Shown here: in pieces, positions 35,886-44,826 of the stretch
Numbering within the stretch: position 1 is the stretch's first letter
Layout of the letters: each line of letters begins with the position of its first letter
Assembly: GCA_022702125.1 (NCBI GenBank)
Contig: JAKOND010000210.1
Location: forward strand, 17,322 to 81,321
DNA from: Burkholderiaceae bacterium
GTDB taxonomy: Bacteria > Pseudomonadota > Gammaproteobacteria > Burkholderiales > Burkholderiaceae_C
DNA: 64,000 nucleotides
Direction of reading: 5' to 3'
Program-made: the position numbers and the translations under genes
Notes under the pieces: generated by a model
The model's database searches: none
The model's input: the letters and a program-made list of their open reading frames with translations, nothing else
What the model was told of the DNA's origin: nothing

Positions 35886-38117
35886 TCAGACGCCGATCTT
35901 GCCGCCGTCGTCCTTGGTGATGACGATGGTCGCCGAGCGCGGCCGGGCGCTGCCGCCGTCGGGCCAGTGGCTGCCGAAGGACGCCGGGTTGGCGAAGTCG
36001 GGCGCGGTGTCCTCGCCGGGATGCTGGATGTTGACGAACAGCGCGCGGCCGTCGCCCGACTCGGCGATGCCGGTGATCTCGCACTCCCTCGGCCCGACCA
36101 GGAAGCGGCGCAGGCTGGTGCCCGGCGCGGCGCCGACCACCGTGGACTGGGTGCGGGTGGTGCCGCCCGAGACGTTGGTGACGGTGCGCGCGCCGCCATC
36201 GCCCACCTGGCCCGGCAACGCGGCCAGCATCATGCAGTTGGTCACGTCGGTGTAGGCGCCGTCGTCGGTCTGCAGCCACAGCAGGCCGGGCGTGGCCTGG
36301 CTGAACCACATGCCGTCGGGGCTGGAGAAGTCGTTGTCGGCGGTGAGGTTCGAGAGGTTGACGTCGGCGCTCGCCGTGGCGCGGGCGCCGAACAGGTAGA
36401 TGTCCCAGCGGAAGGTGGTGGCGGCCGGGTCGCGGCCGGTGTCGGCCAGGCGCACCACGTGGCCGTTGGGGTTGCCCAGCTGCGCCGTCTGCGACGTGCC
36501 CTTCGGGTCGTTGTAGAAGCGCGGGTTGGCGGCGTCGGTCCGGTCGATCGGGCGCGAAGCGGCGTTGGTGTTGGTCAGCGTCAGGTACATGTCGCCGTTC
36601 TTCGGGTTCACGGCGGTCCACTCGGGGCGGTCCATCTTGGTCGCGTCGGCGGCGTCGGCGGCCAGGCGGGCGTGGATCAGCACGTCGGCCGCGTCGGCGA
36701 ACGGGTAGACGCCGCTGGACGAGGTGATGCCGTTGACGCCGAGCCGGAGCTCCAGCCAGGCGCCGGTGCCGTCGGCGTTGAACTTCGCGACGTAGAGCCG
36801 GCCGCTGTCCAGGTACTTGTCGCCCGCGGCCAGGCCGCCGGCGGCGTCGGCCGGGTTCCAGGGCTGGGTCGAGACGAACTTGTAGGCGTACTCGTTGCGC
36901 GAGTCGTCGCCCATGTACCAGACCAGCGGCTGGCCGGCGACCACCGGGCCCAGGCAGGCGCCCTCGTGGCCCATGCGGCCCAGGGCGGTGCGCTTGCGCG
37001 GGGTGGAATCGGGGTTGAAGGGATCGATCTCGACCACCCAGCCGTAGGTGTTGGGGCCGTTGCGGTAGTCGGCGGCGGCGCTGGCGCCGGTGGCTTCGGC
37101 GTTCCAGCGGCCGTAGAGGCCGTCGGACGTGTCGGGCGAGACCGTGGCCCACAGCTCGCGGCCGGTGCCGGCGACGCCGTAGCGGGCGAAGGCGGTCAGT
37201 TCCTTGGCGCTGCGGCGCGGGTTGTCGGTGGCGGCGATGCGGCGGAAGTAGCCGGCCCAGTTCTCCTCGCAGGTCAGGTAGGTGCCCCAGGGCGTGGTGC
37301 CGTTGGCGCAGTTGTTGACGGTGCCGCGGGTGCGGCGGCCGTCGGTCGCGTACTTGGTGACCAGCGCCGCCGAGCCGGCGGCCGGGCCGGACAGCAGCAT
37401 CGGCGTGAGGGTGTGGACGCGGCGGTTGAAGCGCGAGTCGCGGGCGTAGCTCCAGCGGCCGTTGCCGCTGCCGGTGCGCGCCACTTCCAGCACGCTGACG
37501 CCGTGCAGGTAGAACTCGCGCAGCACCTCGTCGGCCACGGTGCGGCGCGCGGCGTTGCCGCTGCCGGAGACGGTCTGGCCGGCGGGGTGCAGGAAGGCCG
37601 GGGTGATCGCCTCGTGGTTCATGGCCAGCAGGCCGCGCGCGGTGGCGGCGGCGTTCCAGGCGCCGCTGTCGGACAGGCCGAAGAAGCTCATGCCGTCGTG
37701 GTGGTCGCCGGCGCGGCGGTCGTAGGTGGCGGCGGCGTCGGTGCCGTCGTTGCGGTAGTCGGGCACGCCGGCGGCGATCGGGTCGCCCAGGCGGTAGAGC
37801 ACGCTGGCGGTGTAGCCGGCGGGCAGCACCAGCGCATCGGCGCGGCTCTTGGCGACGGCGTTGAAGCCGAGCTGCGCCGGCGCGACGGGCGCCGCGGGAT
37901 CGCCGTCGCCGCCGCCGCCGCAGGCCGACAGGCCCACGCTGCCCAGCAGCGCGGCGCCGGCGGTGCCGAGGCCGCCGCGCAGCCAGCTGCGGCGGCTCAG
38001 GCGCGCGGCGACCAGGGTTTCGAGGGACGGGTTGTCGGTGGTGTTGTAGCCGATGTCGTCGGGATCGATGGCGTGGGACGGCGCGGCGCCGACGAGGGCG
38101 GAGGAACGGGAATGCAT
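35886..38117 (-). CDS. phoX: PhoX-family (DUF839) alkaline phosphatase, Tat-exported lipoprotein
   Basis: SRRSWLRGGLG is a twin-Arg motif, followed by the LSAC lipobox. NHEAITP, NCANGTTPWGTYLTCEEN, GWVVEIDP, MDRPEWTAV and FVNIQHPGE are PhoX beta-propeller motifs. Confidence 0.9.
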   Translation of the reverse strand: MHSRSSALVGAAPSHAIDPDDIGYNTTDNPSLETLVAARLSRRSWLRGGLGTAGAALLGSVGLSACGGGGDGDPAAPVAPAQLGFNAVAKSRADALVLPAGYTASVLYRLGDPIAAGVPDYRNDGTDAAATYDRRAGDHHDGMSFFGLSDSGAWNAAATARGLLAMNHEAITPAFLHPAGQTVSGSGNAARRTVADEVLREFYLHGVSVLEVARTGSGNGRWSYARDSRFNRRVHTLTPMLLSGPAAGSAALVTKYATDGRRTRGTVNNCANGTTPWGTYLTCEENWAGYFRRIAATDNPRRSAKELTAFARYGVAGTGRELWATVSPDTSDGLYGRWNAEATGASAAADYRNGPNTYGWVVEIDPFNPDSTPRKRTALGRMGHEGACLGPVVAGQPLVWYMGDDSRNEYAYKFVSTQPWNPADAAGGLAAGDKYLDSGRLYVAKFNADGTGAWLELRLGVNGITSSSGVYPFADAADVLIHARLAADAADATKMDRPEWTAVNPKNGDMYLTLTNTNAASRPIDRTDAANPRFYNDPKGTSQTAQLGNPNGHVVRLADTGRDPAATTFRWDIYLFGARATASADVNLSNLTADNDFSSPDGMWFSQATPGLLWLQTDDGAYTDVTNCMMLAALPGQVGDGGARTVTNVSGGTTRTQSTVVGAAPGTSLRRFLVGPRECEITGIAESGDGRALFVNIQHPGEDTAPDFANPASFGSHWPDGGSARPRSATIVITKDDGGKIGV

Positions 38118-38357
38118 GACGGGACGGTTTCCGTGGGTGGGGTGGGAAGGTGCCCGTTTTCTTGCATCGCTTGTTATGGTTCGGGGACGGGCCCGACCTT
38201 ATCCAGGCCGTGTGACATTCATATTTCATTCACGCGTTAGAGCCTCGGCAGCCCACGGCGAAAGGGCCGCGCGGAAACCGGAGTTCCGTGCGGCCCCGCG
38301 GGCCGGGCCGGCGGCGGGTCGCGCGACCCGCCGCCGGCACCGCGATCCGATTTGCGA

Positions 38358-40289
38358 TCAGGCCGTCAGGCGGGGCTGCACCGGGCTGGCGGTGACGTAG
38401 CCCACGGCCGCGCCGAAGCGGTCCTTGAAGTTGGCGCGCACCAGCGGGTCGAGCGTGGCCTTGACCTTGTCGTGCAGCGGGGTCTCCCAGTCGCCGGGAT
38501 GCTGGAAGTTGCTCATCAGGTAGGTCCAGCCGTTGACCTCGTCCACCGCCTGCAGGCCGGTGGATTCGGCGCCCGACGGGGTGGACAGGATGCGGGTCAG
38601 CGCCTTGGTGTCGACGTTGTACGCCCACAGGAAGTTGTTGACGTGCATGCCGCTGTCCTCGCCGATGAAGAGCGTGCGCATCTTCTCGGAGAACTTGATG
38701 TTGTCCGGGTTGCCGATCTTGTCGGGGTTGGCCAGGTTGCCCAGCGCGTCGGCGGCGGCCAGGTCTTCGCCGATCAGCGCGGCGGGCGGCTCCATGTGGA
38801 CCGACACCCAGTCGCTGTTGATGGCGTTGCCCGCGCTGTCCTTCTGGCCGCCGGTCAGGGTGTGGGCGTAGACGGCGCCGGCCTTCGGGCCCTGCACCTT
38901 GATGCCGCCCGAGCCGTCGAGCATCGAGGTCTGCACATAGGACATGGCCGAGTAGGCGATCTTGTCCTTGGCGTTGACGGTGGTGCCTTCCATCTTGGTG
39001 AAGCCCATGCTGCCGCCGACGTAGGCGGCGTAGCGGTGGGTTTCCAGGAAGGCGGCGGCCTTCTCCATGCCCGGCTTGATCCGGATCCAGTTGAACTTGC
39101 CCGAGAACGGGATCCTGGTGTAGCTGGCGTCGCCCGGGTCGGAGGTCTTGACGTCCATGATGTCGGCGGCGGTCAGGGTGTTGGCCAGCGCCTCGATCTC
39201 GGCGCTGGTGGCGCTGCCGAGCTTGATCCAGGAGATGTCGCCCGCGCCCGGGCCGGTGCCGGAGGTCTGCTTCCACTTGCCCACGTAGAGCGAGCCGGAG
39301 GACAGGTCCGCCTCGCGATCGGCCACGAACATGAACAGGCCGCCGTTGGTCGCGTCGTCGCCCATCAGCGCGGTGCGCCGGTCGGGCATGACCTGCACCA
39401 GCTCGTGCGAGATGCGGCCCATGCAGTAGTGCTTCTTGATCGAGCCGGTGCCGTCGGGGTTGACGGTGATCTCGGGCAGGTGGCCGTAGTGGTAGGGGTT
39501 GGCCTTGGCCGCGTCGCCGAACAGGTTCTTGCTGTAGGCCTTGAACTGGCTGTTGGTGGCGATGGCGGCGGCGTCGGGCTCGTATTCCTCGCTCGACAGG
39601 TGGGTGTTCCAGGGCGACAGGCTGGCGCCGCAGGTGATCCACAGGCCGTGCACGCCCGAGGTGTCGACGTTGTGGTACTTGACCAGGCTGAGCTTGCCGG
39701 TGTCCTGGTCCTGGTCGAGCGTGAGCACCGCGATCGGCGAGGGCAGCAGGCCGTAGGCGGACGCGCCCGCCTGGTCGCGGGTGGTGTATTCGAACTGCAC
39801 CACCGCGAACACCGCCTTGCCCTTGATGCCGGGCACCGAGGCGTTGGACAGCGTCAGCAGCGAGGTGCCGTCCGGGCTGTCGGAGAAGAACTGGCGCTCC
39901 TTGCCCGCGACCGAGCGGTCGAGGATCGGCTTGTTGTTGATGTCCACGTAGCCGCCCGCGAGGATGGTGCCGCCCTTGCCGTCGGCGACCATGTCGCCGG
40001 TCACGAAGAACGGCTGGTAGGCCAGCGCGTAGGTCTGGCTGCTGCCGTCGGCGAAGGCGACCTTCATGCTCGACCCGACGGTGGTGGTCGCCATCGCGGC
40101 CGGGTTGGCCAGCGTGGGCGCGGCCATGCCGGAGAAGGCGGTGGAGACGTAGGCCGCGGTGCTGTCGCTGCCGCCGCCGCAGGCGGGCAGCAGGCTGCAG
40201 GAAGCCAGGCCGCCGAGCGGCAGCATCGGAATGCCGGCCAGGAATTTGAGCGCGCCGCGGCGCGACGTCGTGGAGACGGGAGCAGACAT
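38358..40289 (-). CDS. Second, divergent PhoX/DUF839-like phosphatase, Tat signal + lipobox
   Basis: TSRRGALKFLAG and LASC are present. Further motifs are LWITCGASLSPWNTHLSSEEYEPD, GRISHE, NPDNIKFSEKMRTLFIGEDSG and LMSNFQHPGD. Confidence 0.85.
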   Translation of the reverse strand: MSAPVSTTSRRGALKFLAGIPMLPLGGLASCSLLPACGGGSDSTAAYVSTAFSGMAAPTLANPAAMATTTVGSSMKVAFADGSSQTYALAYQPFFVTGDMVADGKGGTILAGGYVDINNKPILDRSVAGKERQFFSDSPDGTSLLTLSNASVPGIKGKAVFAVVQFEYTTRDQAGASAYGLLPSPIAVLTLDQDQDTGKLSLVKYHNVDTSGVHGLWITCGASLSPWNTHLSSEEYEPDAAAIATNSQFKAYSKNLFGDAAKANPYHYGHLPEITVNPDGTGSIKKHYCMGRISHELVQVMPDRRTALMGDDATNGGLFMFVADREADLSSGSLYVGKWKQTSGTGPGAGDISWIKLGSATSAEIEALANTLTAADIMDVKTSDPGDASYTRIPFSGKFNWIRIKPGMEKAAAFLETHRYAAYVGGSMGFTKMEGTTVNAKDKIAYSAMSYVQTSMLDGSGGIKVQGPKAGAVYAHTLTGGQKDSAGNAINSDWVSVHMEPPAALIGEDLAAADALGNLANPDKIGNPDNIKFSEKMRTLFIGEDSGMHVNNFLWAYNVDTKALTRILSTPSGAESTGLQAVDEVNGWTYLMSNFQHPGDWETPLHDKVKATLDPLVRANFKDRFGAAVGYVTASPVQPRLTA

Positions 40290-40392
40290 CGTGAGATTTC
40301 CAGAAGTGGTTTTGAACCCTCGCCGGCGCCGCGGGACGCGGTCCGGCCACAGGAGCGGAGTTCTTTGTTGTGCGGCGGATGCTAGGCAGCGG

Positions 40393-40412
40393 ATATGTCA
40401 ATTTCTTGACAC
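40393..40412 (-). promoter_or_regulatory. Candidate Pho box upstream of the second phoX-like gene
   Basis: The minus strand reads GTGTCAAGAAATTGACAT, about 12-13/18 matches to CTGTCATAWAWCTGTMAY. It lies about 105 nt upstream of the ATG in an AT-rich patch. Confidence 0.3.
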
Positions 40413-40709
40413 CGAGCCGCGGTCCGGCGATGCCGCCGAATTCCCGCATGCGTCAATGCGTTCGTCCGTCCTTTCGCGCGGGGGCCCTGGTGGAATCTCG
40501 GCTCGAAGCTACCGAAACGATAGCGAACCGGACCGGGCACGCGGCGTCTCCGGTCCCCGGCCGCGCGGGCCTGTCACGAACCGACACAGGGCGCCGCGCC
40601 CGCCGTGGAATGGTGCGGAGGCATCCGCGTCGGAACGCTCTTTGCCGGAGCCGGCCGAAGCGGACGCTCCCTCGCTTCCCTCCACCCATCCGTTTGCAAG
40701 GAGTTCACC

Positions 40710-41240
40710 ATGTCCAACACCAAGCCCCTGGTCACCGGCCTCTTCCGCGACCGCGAAAGCGCCGAGCAGGCCTACAACTCGGTCGCCGAGCGCGGCTACG
40801 GCCGCGACGACGTCAACCTGGTGATGTCCGACGAAGGGCGCAAGCGCCATTTCGCCGACACGCCCGACGGCACGGTCGAAACCGAGCTCGGCACCAAGGC
40901 GGCCGAAGGCGCGGGCATCGGCGGCGCCATCGGCGGCGGCGTGGGCGCGGTGGTGGCGGCGATCGCCGCGGCCGGCACCAGCCTGGTCCTGCCGGGCCTG
41001 GGGCTGGTGGTCGCCGGCCCGCTGGCGGCCGCGATCGCCGGGGCCGGCGCGGGCGCGGCCGGCGGCGGCCTGATCGGCGCGCTGATCGGCTGGAACATGC
41101 CCGAGGAGCGGGTCAAGCACTACGAGCAGGGCCTGAAGGAAGGCGGCATCCTGCTGGGCGTGCACCCGAAGAACGACGAGGACGCGGCCTTCGTCGAGGA
41201 CCGCTGGAAGCAGAGCCGCGGCGAGCACGTCTACCGCTGA
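40710..41240 (+). CDS. Glycine-zipper membrane protein with YflT/GSP17M-like stress-protein ends
   Basis: AAGGAG lies 7 nt upstream. The N-terminus is VTGLFRDRESAEQAYNSVAERGYGRDDVNLV. The central segment is Gly/Ala-rich and hydrophobic. The C-terminus is EERVKHYEQGLKEGGILLGVH. Confidence 0.75.
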   Translation: MSNTKPLVTGLFRDRESAEQAYNSVAERGYGRDDVNLVMSDEGRKRHFADTPDGTVETELGTKAAEGAGIGGAIGGGVGAVVAAIAAAGTSLVLPGLGLVVAGPLAAAIAGAGAGAAGGGLIGALIGWNMPEERVKHYEQGLKEGGILLGVHPKNDEDAAFVEDRWKQSRGEHVYR

Positions 41241-41316
41241 GGCCCCCGGGGGAGCGGCGCGCCCGTCCGGCGCCGCCGCCCCTGCGCCCGGAACGGCGCG
41301 CCGCGGTCCCGGGAGG

Positions 41317-42498
41317 CTAGCTCTTGGGCCACAGCACCCACAGCCGCAGGCCCTGCTTGAGCCGGCCGGCCACCTCGCCCGCGTCGGCGCCCCAGCCGGT
41401 GAAATAGTCGGCCCGCACCGCGCCGACGATGGCGCTGCCGGTGTCCTGCGCCATCACCAGCTTCTGCAGGTTGGCCGAAGGCCCGGCGGAGTACAGCCAC
41501 ACCGGCGTGCCGTACGGAATGCTCTGCCGGTCCACCGCGATGGAGCGGCCCGGGGTCAGCTCCACGCCCTGGGCGCCACGCGGGCCGAACCCGGCCTCCA
41601 GCCCGTCGAGCGCCTCCTCGCGGAAGAAGACGTAGCGCGGGTTGTTCCACATCAGCTCGTTGACGCGGGTCGGGTTCTGCGCGATCCAGGCGCGGATGCC
41701 CGGCCAGGTGGCGTCGCGGGTCTGGCCGGTCGCGAGCAGCCAGGTGCCGATGCTCTTGTACGGCTGCTCGTTGGTGCCGGCGAAGGCCAGGCGCACCGTG
41801 CGCTGCGAGCCGTCGGGCTCGACGACGCGCAGCCGGCCCGAGCCCTGGATGTGCAGCACCATCGCCTCCACCGGGTCGGCGATCCAGGCCAGCGGCCGGC
41901 CGAGCTGGGCCTGGATCTCGGGCACCGTCTCGATCTGCTGGCGGGTGTACCAGGGCTTGCGCAGGGTGGGCGGCACGCCGTAGAGCGGCACGGTGAAGCC
42001 GTTGCCCGGCAGGCGCGCGGCGGGGATGACCGGCTCGTAGTAGGCGGTGAGCAGGCCGTCGGCCGCGCCGGTGTCCGCCGCCTCGACGCGGTAGGGCTGC
42101 AGCCGCGCCACCATCCAGGCGCGCTGCTCGGCGGGCGAGGCGATGCTCAGCTGGCGCACCTCGGCGCACAGGCGGGCGAAGGTCGGGCCGGGGCGCTGGC
42201 AGCTCTTGAGCCAGGCGTTCCAGGCTTCGAAGAGCGCATCCTCGCGGAAGCCCGGCAGCTCGGCCCAGCGCACCGGCACCCAGCGGCTCTTGCCCTGGAC
42301 CACCGGCGCCGGCAGCGCGCCGTCGTCGCCGGGGATCGGCTGGCCGGGCACGATCGGCGGGAGCGACAGGCCGGGGAAGGGGCTGCCCGTGCCGGGCGCC
42401 GGGGGCGGGGTCGTCGGGCGCGGCGGGGCGCTGGTGCAGGCGGCGAGCGTTCCTACAATGAGCGCCATCGCCGCGTGCCACAGGAGTCGTTGTTTCAT
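41317..42498 (-). CDS. mltA: Membrane-bound lytic murein transglycosylase A
   Basis: The lipoprotein signal is MKQRLLWHAAMALIVGTLAAC. LLTAYYEPV, HIQGSGRL, YKSIGTWL, RYVFFRE, GRSIAVD and AQDTGSAI are MltA/3D-domain motifs. Confidence 0.92.
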   Translation of the reverse strand: MKQRLLWHAAMALIVGTLAACTSAPPRPTTPPPAPGTGSPFPGLSLPPIVPGQPIPGDDGALPAPVVQGKSRWVPVRWAELPGFREDALFEAWNAWLKSCQRPGPTFARLCAEVRQLSIASPAEQRAWMVARLQPYRVEAADTGAADGLLTAYYEPVIPAARLPGNGFTVPLYGVPPTLRKPWYTRQQIETVPEIQAQLGRPLAWIADPVEAMVLHIQGSGRLRVVEPDGSQRTVRLAFAGTNEQPYKSIGTWLLATGQTRDATWPGIRAWIAQNPTRVNELMWNNPRYVFFREEALDGLEAGFGPRGAQGVELTPGRSIAVDRQSIPYGTPVWLYSAGPSANLQKLVMAQDTGSAIVGAVRADYFTGWGADAGEVAGRLKQGLRLWVLWPKS

Positions 42499-42700
42499 GG
42501 GTCTGATTTTGCTCGAAGCCCTGCTGGCGCTGGCGCTGCTGGCGGGCATCGTCTGGTGGACGATGTTCTCCGGCCGCGCCCGGGGCGAGCGGCCCGGGGC
42601 GCATCCGCCCGCGCCGCCGGCGCAGGACCCCGCCGCGCCGCCCCCGACCGCGCCGTCTCCGGCGCCCCCCGCCTCCCCGCCGCCTCCGGCGGCTTCCTGA
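42497..42700 (+). CDS. Possible 67-aa membrane mini-protein (one TM helix + Pro-rich tail)
   Basis: MGLILLEALLALALLAGIVWWTMFSGRARGE is followed by a P/A tail. GC3 is high. Its ATG overlaps the mltA ATG on the opposite strand (CATG), so this call is speculative. Confidence 0.3.
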   Translation: MGLILLEALLALALLAGIVWWTMFSGRARGERPGAHPPAPPAQDPAAPPPTAPSPAPPASPPPPAAS

Positions 42701-42858
42701 TCGCGGCCCGGGCGGCTCCGGCTGCTGGACGATACAACCCGAAACGGACGGGTCGTCCGCGAGGGAATAATCGTTTCCCCGAGCAGCACCGCACGGCGGA
42801 CGACCCGGCACCGGCCGGCGCCGCAGCGCCACTTCCGCATCACCGAAGGGAAAACGAC

Positions 42859-43521
42859 ATGAAAAAACTCATCCTGGGCACCGCCGCGGCGGCCCTCTTC
42901 ATCACCGGTTGCGCCGACATGAACGGCGGCATGGCGGGCATGAGCCCCACCACCCGCAACACCGCCATCGGCGCGGGCGCGGGCGCGCTGGGCGGCGCGG
43001 CCATCGGCGCGGTGGCGGGCGGCCATGCGGGACGTGGCGCGATCATCGGTGCCGGCGTGGGCGCGATCGGCAGCTACATCTGGTCCCAGAACATGGAGCG
43101 CCAGCGCCAGCAGATGGTGCAGGCCACCCAGGGCACCGGCATCGCGGTGAGCCAGACGGCCGACAACCAGCTCAAGCTCGACATCCCGAGCGACGTGTCC
43201 TTCGACACCGGCCGCTCCAACATCAAATCCAACTTCGCGCCGGTGCTCGACCAGTTCGCGGGCGGCCTGCGCAACAACCCGAACTCGACGGTCCGCATCA
43301 TCGGCCACACCGACAGCACCGGCAGCGACGCGGTCAACAACCCGCTGTCGGTCGAGCGCGCCAACAGCACTCGCGACTACCTGGTCTCGCGCGGCGTCGC
43401 GCCCCAGCGCATCGGCACCGAAGGCATGGGCTCGCGCATGCCGATCGCCTCGAACGACACCAACGACGGCCGCGCGCGCAACCGCCGGGTCGAGATCTAC
43501 GTGGGCGAGCGCGGCGGCTGA
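42859..43521 (+). CDS. OmpA-family lipoprotein with glycine-zipper N-region
   Basis: The lipobox is FITGC. The OmpA_C motif is FDTGRSNIKSNFAPVLDQFA...IIGHTDSTGSDAVNNPLSVERANSTRDYL...NRRVEIYV. Confidence 0.9.
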   Translation: MKKLILGTAAAALFITGCADMNGGMAGMSPTTRNTAIGAGAGALGGAAIGAVAGGHAGRGAIIGAGVGAIGSYIWSQNMERQRQQMVQATQGTGIAVSQTADNQLKLDIPSDVSFDTGRSNIKSNFAPVLDQFAGGLRNNPNSTVRIIGHTDSTGSDAVNNPLSVERANSTRDYLVSRGVAPQRIGTEGMGSRMPIASNDTNDGRARNRRVEIYVGERGG

Positions 43522-43583
43522 TCGCCGCCTCCCCGCCGGGGCCGCGGAGCGCAGGCGCTCCCGGAGGCCCCGCTCTTCCTTCC

Positions 43584-43608
43584 AACGCCGCGCCCGTCGC
43601 GGCGTTTT
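43584..43608 (+). terminator. Rho-independent terminator after the ompA-family gene
   Basis: AACGCCGCG-cccgt-CGCGGCGTT is a 9-bp stem, followed by TT. Confidence 0.6.
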
Positions 43609-43674
43609 CCATGGCGCGGCCCGCGGCGGGCCCACGACGGCATCGCCCGCCGCCGCGAGGCCCCGTCCTGCTGC

Positions 43675-44742
43675 CTACCGTCGCCGGTCGTCCGCCGCCA
43701 TCCGCGCGGCCCAGTCGGCGAGCGGCAGCGGCGCGCCGGTGCCGGGCATGCGCCGCAGCAGCAGCCGCAGTTCGGGCATGCCGCCGCGCTCCGATGGCCA
43801 GCGCGTCGGCGGCACCGGCTGCCAGCGCCCGGCGGCGTCGCGCTCGGCCATGCGGAAGCGGAAGGTGTAGTGGTTCGCGCCCAGTCCCATGCGCAGGTCG
43901 GTCGCCACCAGCCGGCCGCCCGCGTCGTCGTAACGCAGCCATCCGCCGGAGAACCAGCGCAACCGCGCATGCTCGGGCGACGCCGACAGCCCCGCGTCGG
44001 CCAGCGCGCTGCCCAGCGGCTGGACGATCCGCTCGGGCGCGCCGCGGTCGAACACGCCGGCGACCGCCTCGACGTACCGGTCGCCGTCGATCTTCGCCAC
44101 CACCCGCCAGAGCAGGATGTTGAGCGGCATCGGCGACGAGAACACCGCCCCGGGCCGCAGCCCGTCGGCCTCCAGCGCGGCCCGCACCCGGTGCTCGGCC
44201 ACCGACTTCGCGCCCAGCGACAGGCCCAGGTAGAGCGCGCACCAGCCCAACGCCCCGCCGCAGGCCCGCCAGGATCGACCCGGGCGGCGCCGGCCCCGCA
44301 GCGCGGCCCCCAGCACCGCCAGCAGCAGCGGCACGGTGAAGAACGGATCGACGATGAAGATGCTGGACCAGGCGGCGGGCACCGGCTGCCACGGCCACCA
44401 GAGCTGGGTGCCGTAGCTGGTGAAGGCATCGAGCAGCGGATGGGTGATCAGCACCAGCCACAGCGCGAGGAAGAGCCGTCCCGCGCCGTAGTCCGGCGAC
44501 GGCCGCCAGCGGCGCACCGCCGCGGTCAGCAGCCCGGCCACGGCGGTCAGCACCGGCAGCGAATGCGAGAAGCCCCGGTGGTGCGTCATCGCCGACACCG
44601 GGTCGGCGTAGCGGATCGCCACGTCCAGGTCCGGCAGCGTGGCCAGCACCGCGCCGTAGAGCAGCGCCCTGCGGCCCTGCGCACGGCCCAGCAGCGCGGC
44701 CTGGATGCCGGCGCCGAGCACGGCCTGGGTCAACGAATCCAT
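43675..44742 (-). CDS. Membrane-bound metal-dependent hydrolase (YdjM/YbcI, DUF457 family) with C-terminal extension
   Basis: MDSLTQAVLGAGIQAALLG...LPDLDV...HRGFSHSL is the family signature. Confidence 0.8.
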   Translation of the reverse strand: MDSLTQAVLGAGIQAALLGRAQGRRALLYGAVLATLPDLDVAIRYADPVSAMTHHRGFSHSLPVLTAVAGLLTAAVRRWRPSPDYGAGRLFLALWLVLITHPLLDAFTSYGTQLWWPWQPVPAAWSSIFIVDPFFTVPLLLAVLGAALRGRRRPGRSWRACGGALGWCALYLGLSLGAKSVAEHRVRAALEADGLRPGAVFSSPMPLNILLWRVVAKIDGDRYVEAVAGVFDRGAPERIVQPLGSALADAGLSASPEHARLRWFSGGWLRYDDAGGRLVATDLRMGLGANHYTFRFRMAERDAAGRWQPVPPTRWPSERGGMPELRLLLRRMPGTGAPLPLADWAARMAADDRRR

Positions 44743-44826
44743 GGCGGGGAATCCTCCGGGGAACGGCTTCGCAGGCGGGCGGAACGGGCGGCGGCAGCGC
44801 AGGCGCGCATGCCGTCTTCCGCGCCC

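Noticed and set aside
38211-38233. Pho box upstream of the first phoX (TGTGACATTCATATTTCATTCAC)
   Set aside because: It is AT-rich with TTCAT direct repeats and suitably placed, about 95-115 nt upstream. However, it aligns poorly in either orientation to CTGTCAT-N4-CTGTCAT. I mention it only as a weak candidate.
40453-40689. 78-aa ORF (minus) in the 420-bp gap between the phoX-like gene and the glycine-zipper protein gene
   Set aside because: The translation is Arg-rich and of low complexity. There is no SD, and it lies antisense to the leader of the downstream gene. I treat it as non-coding.
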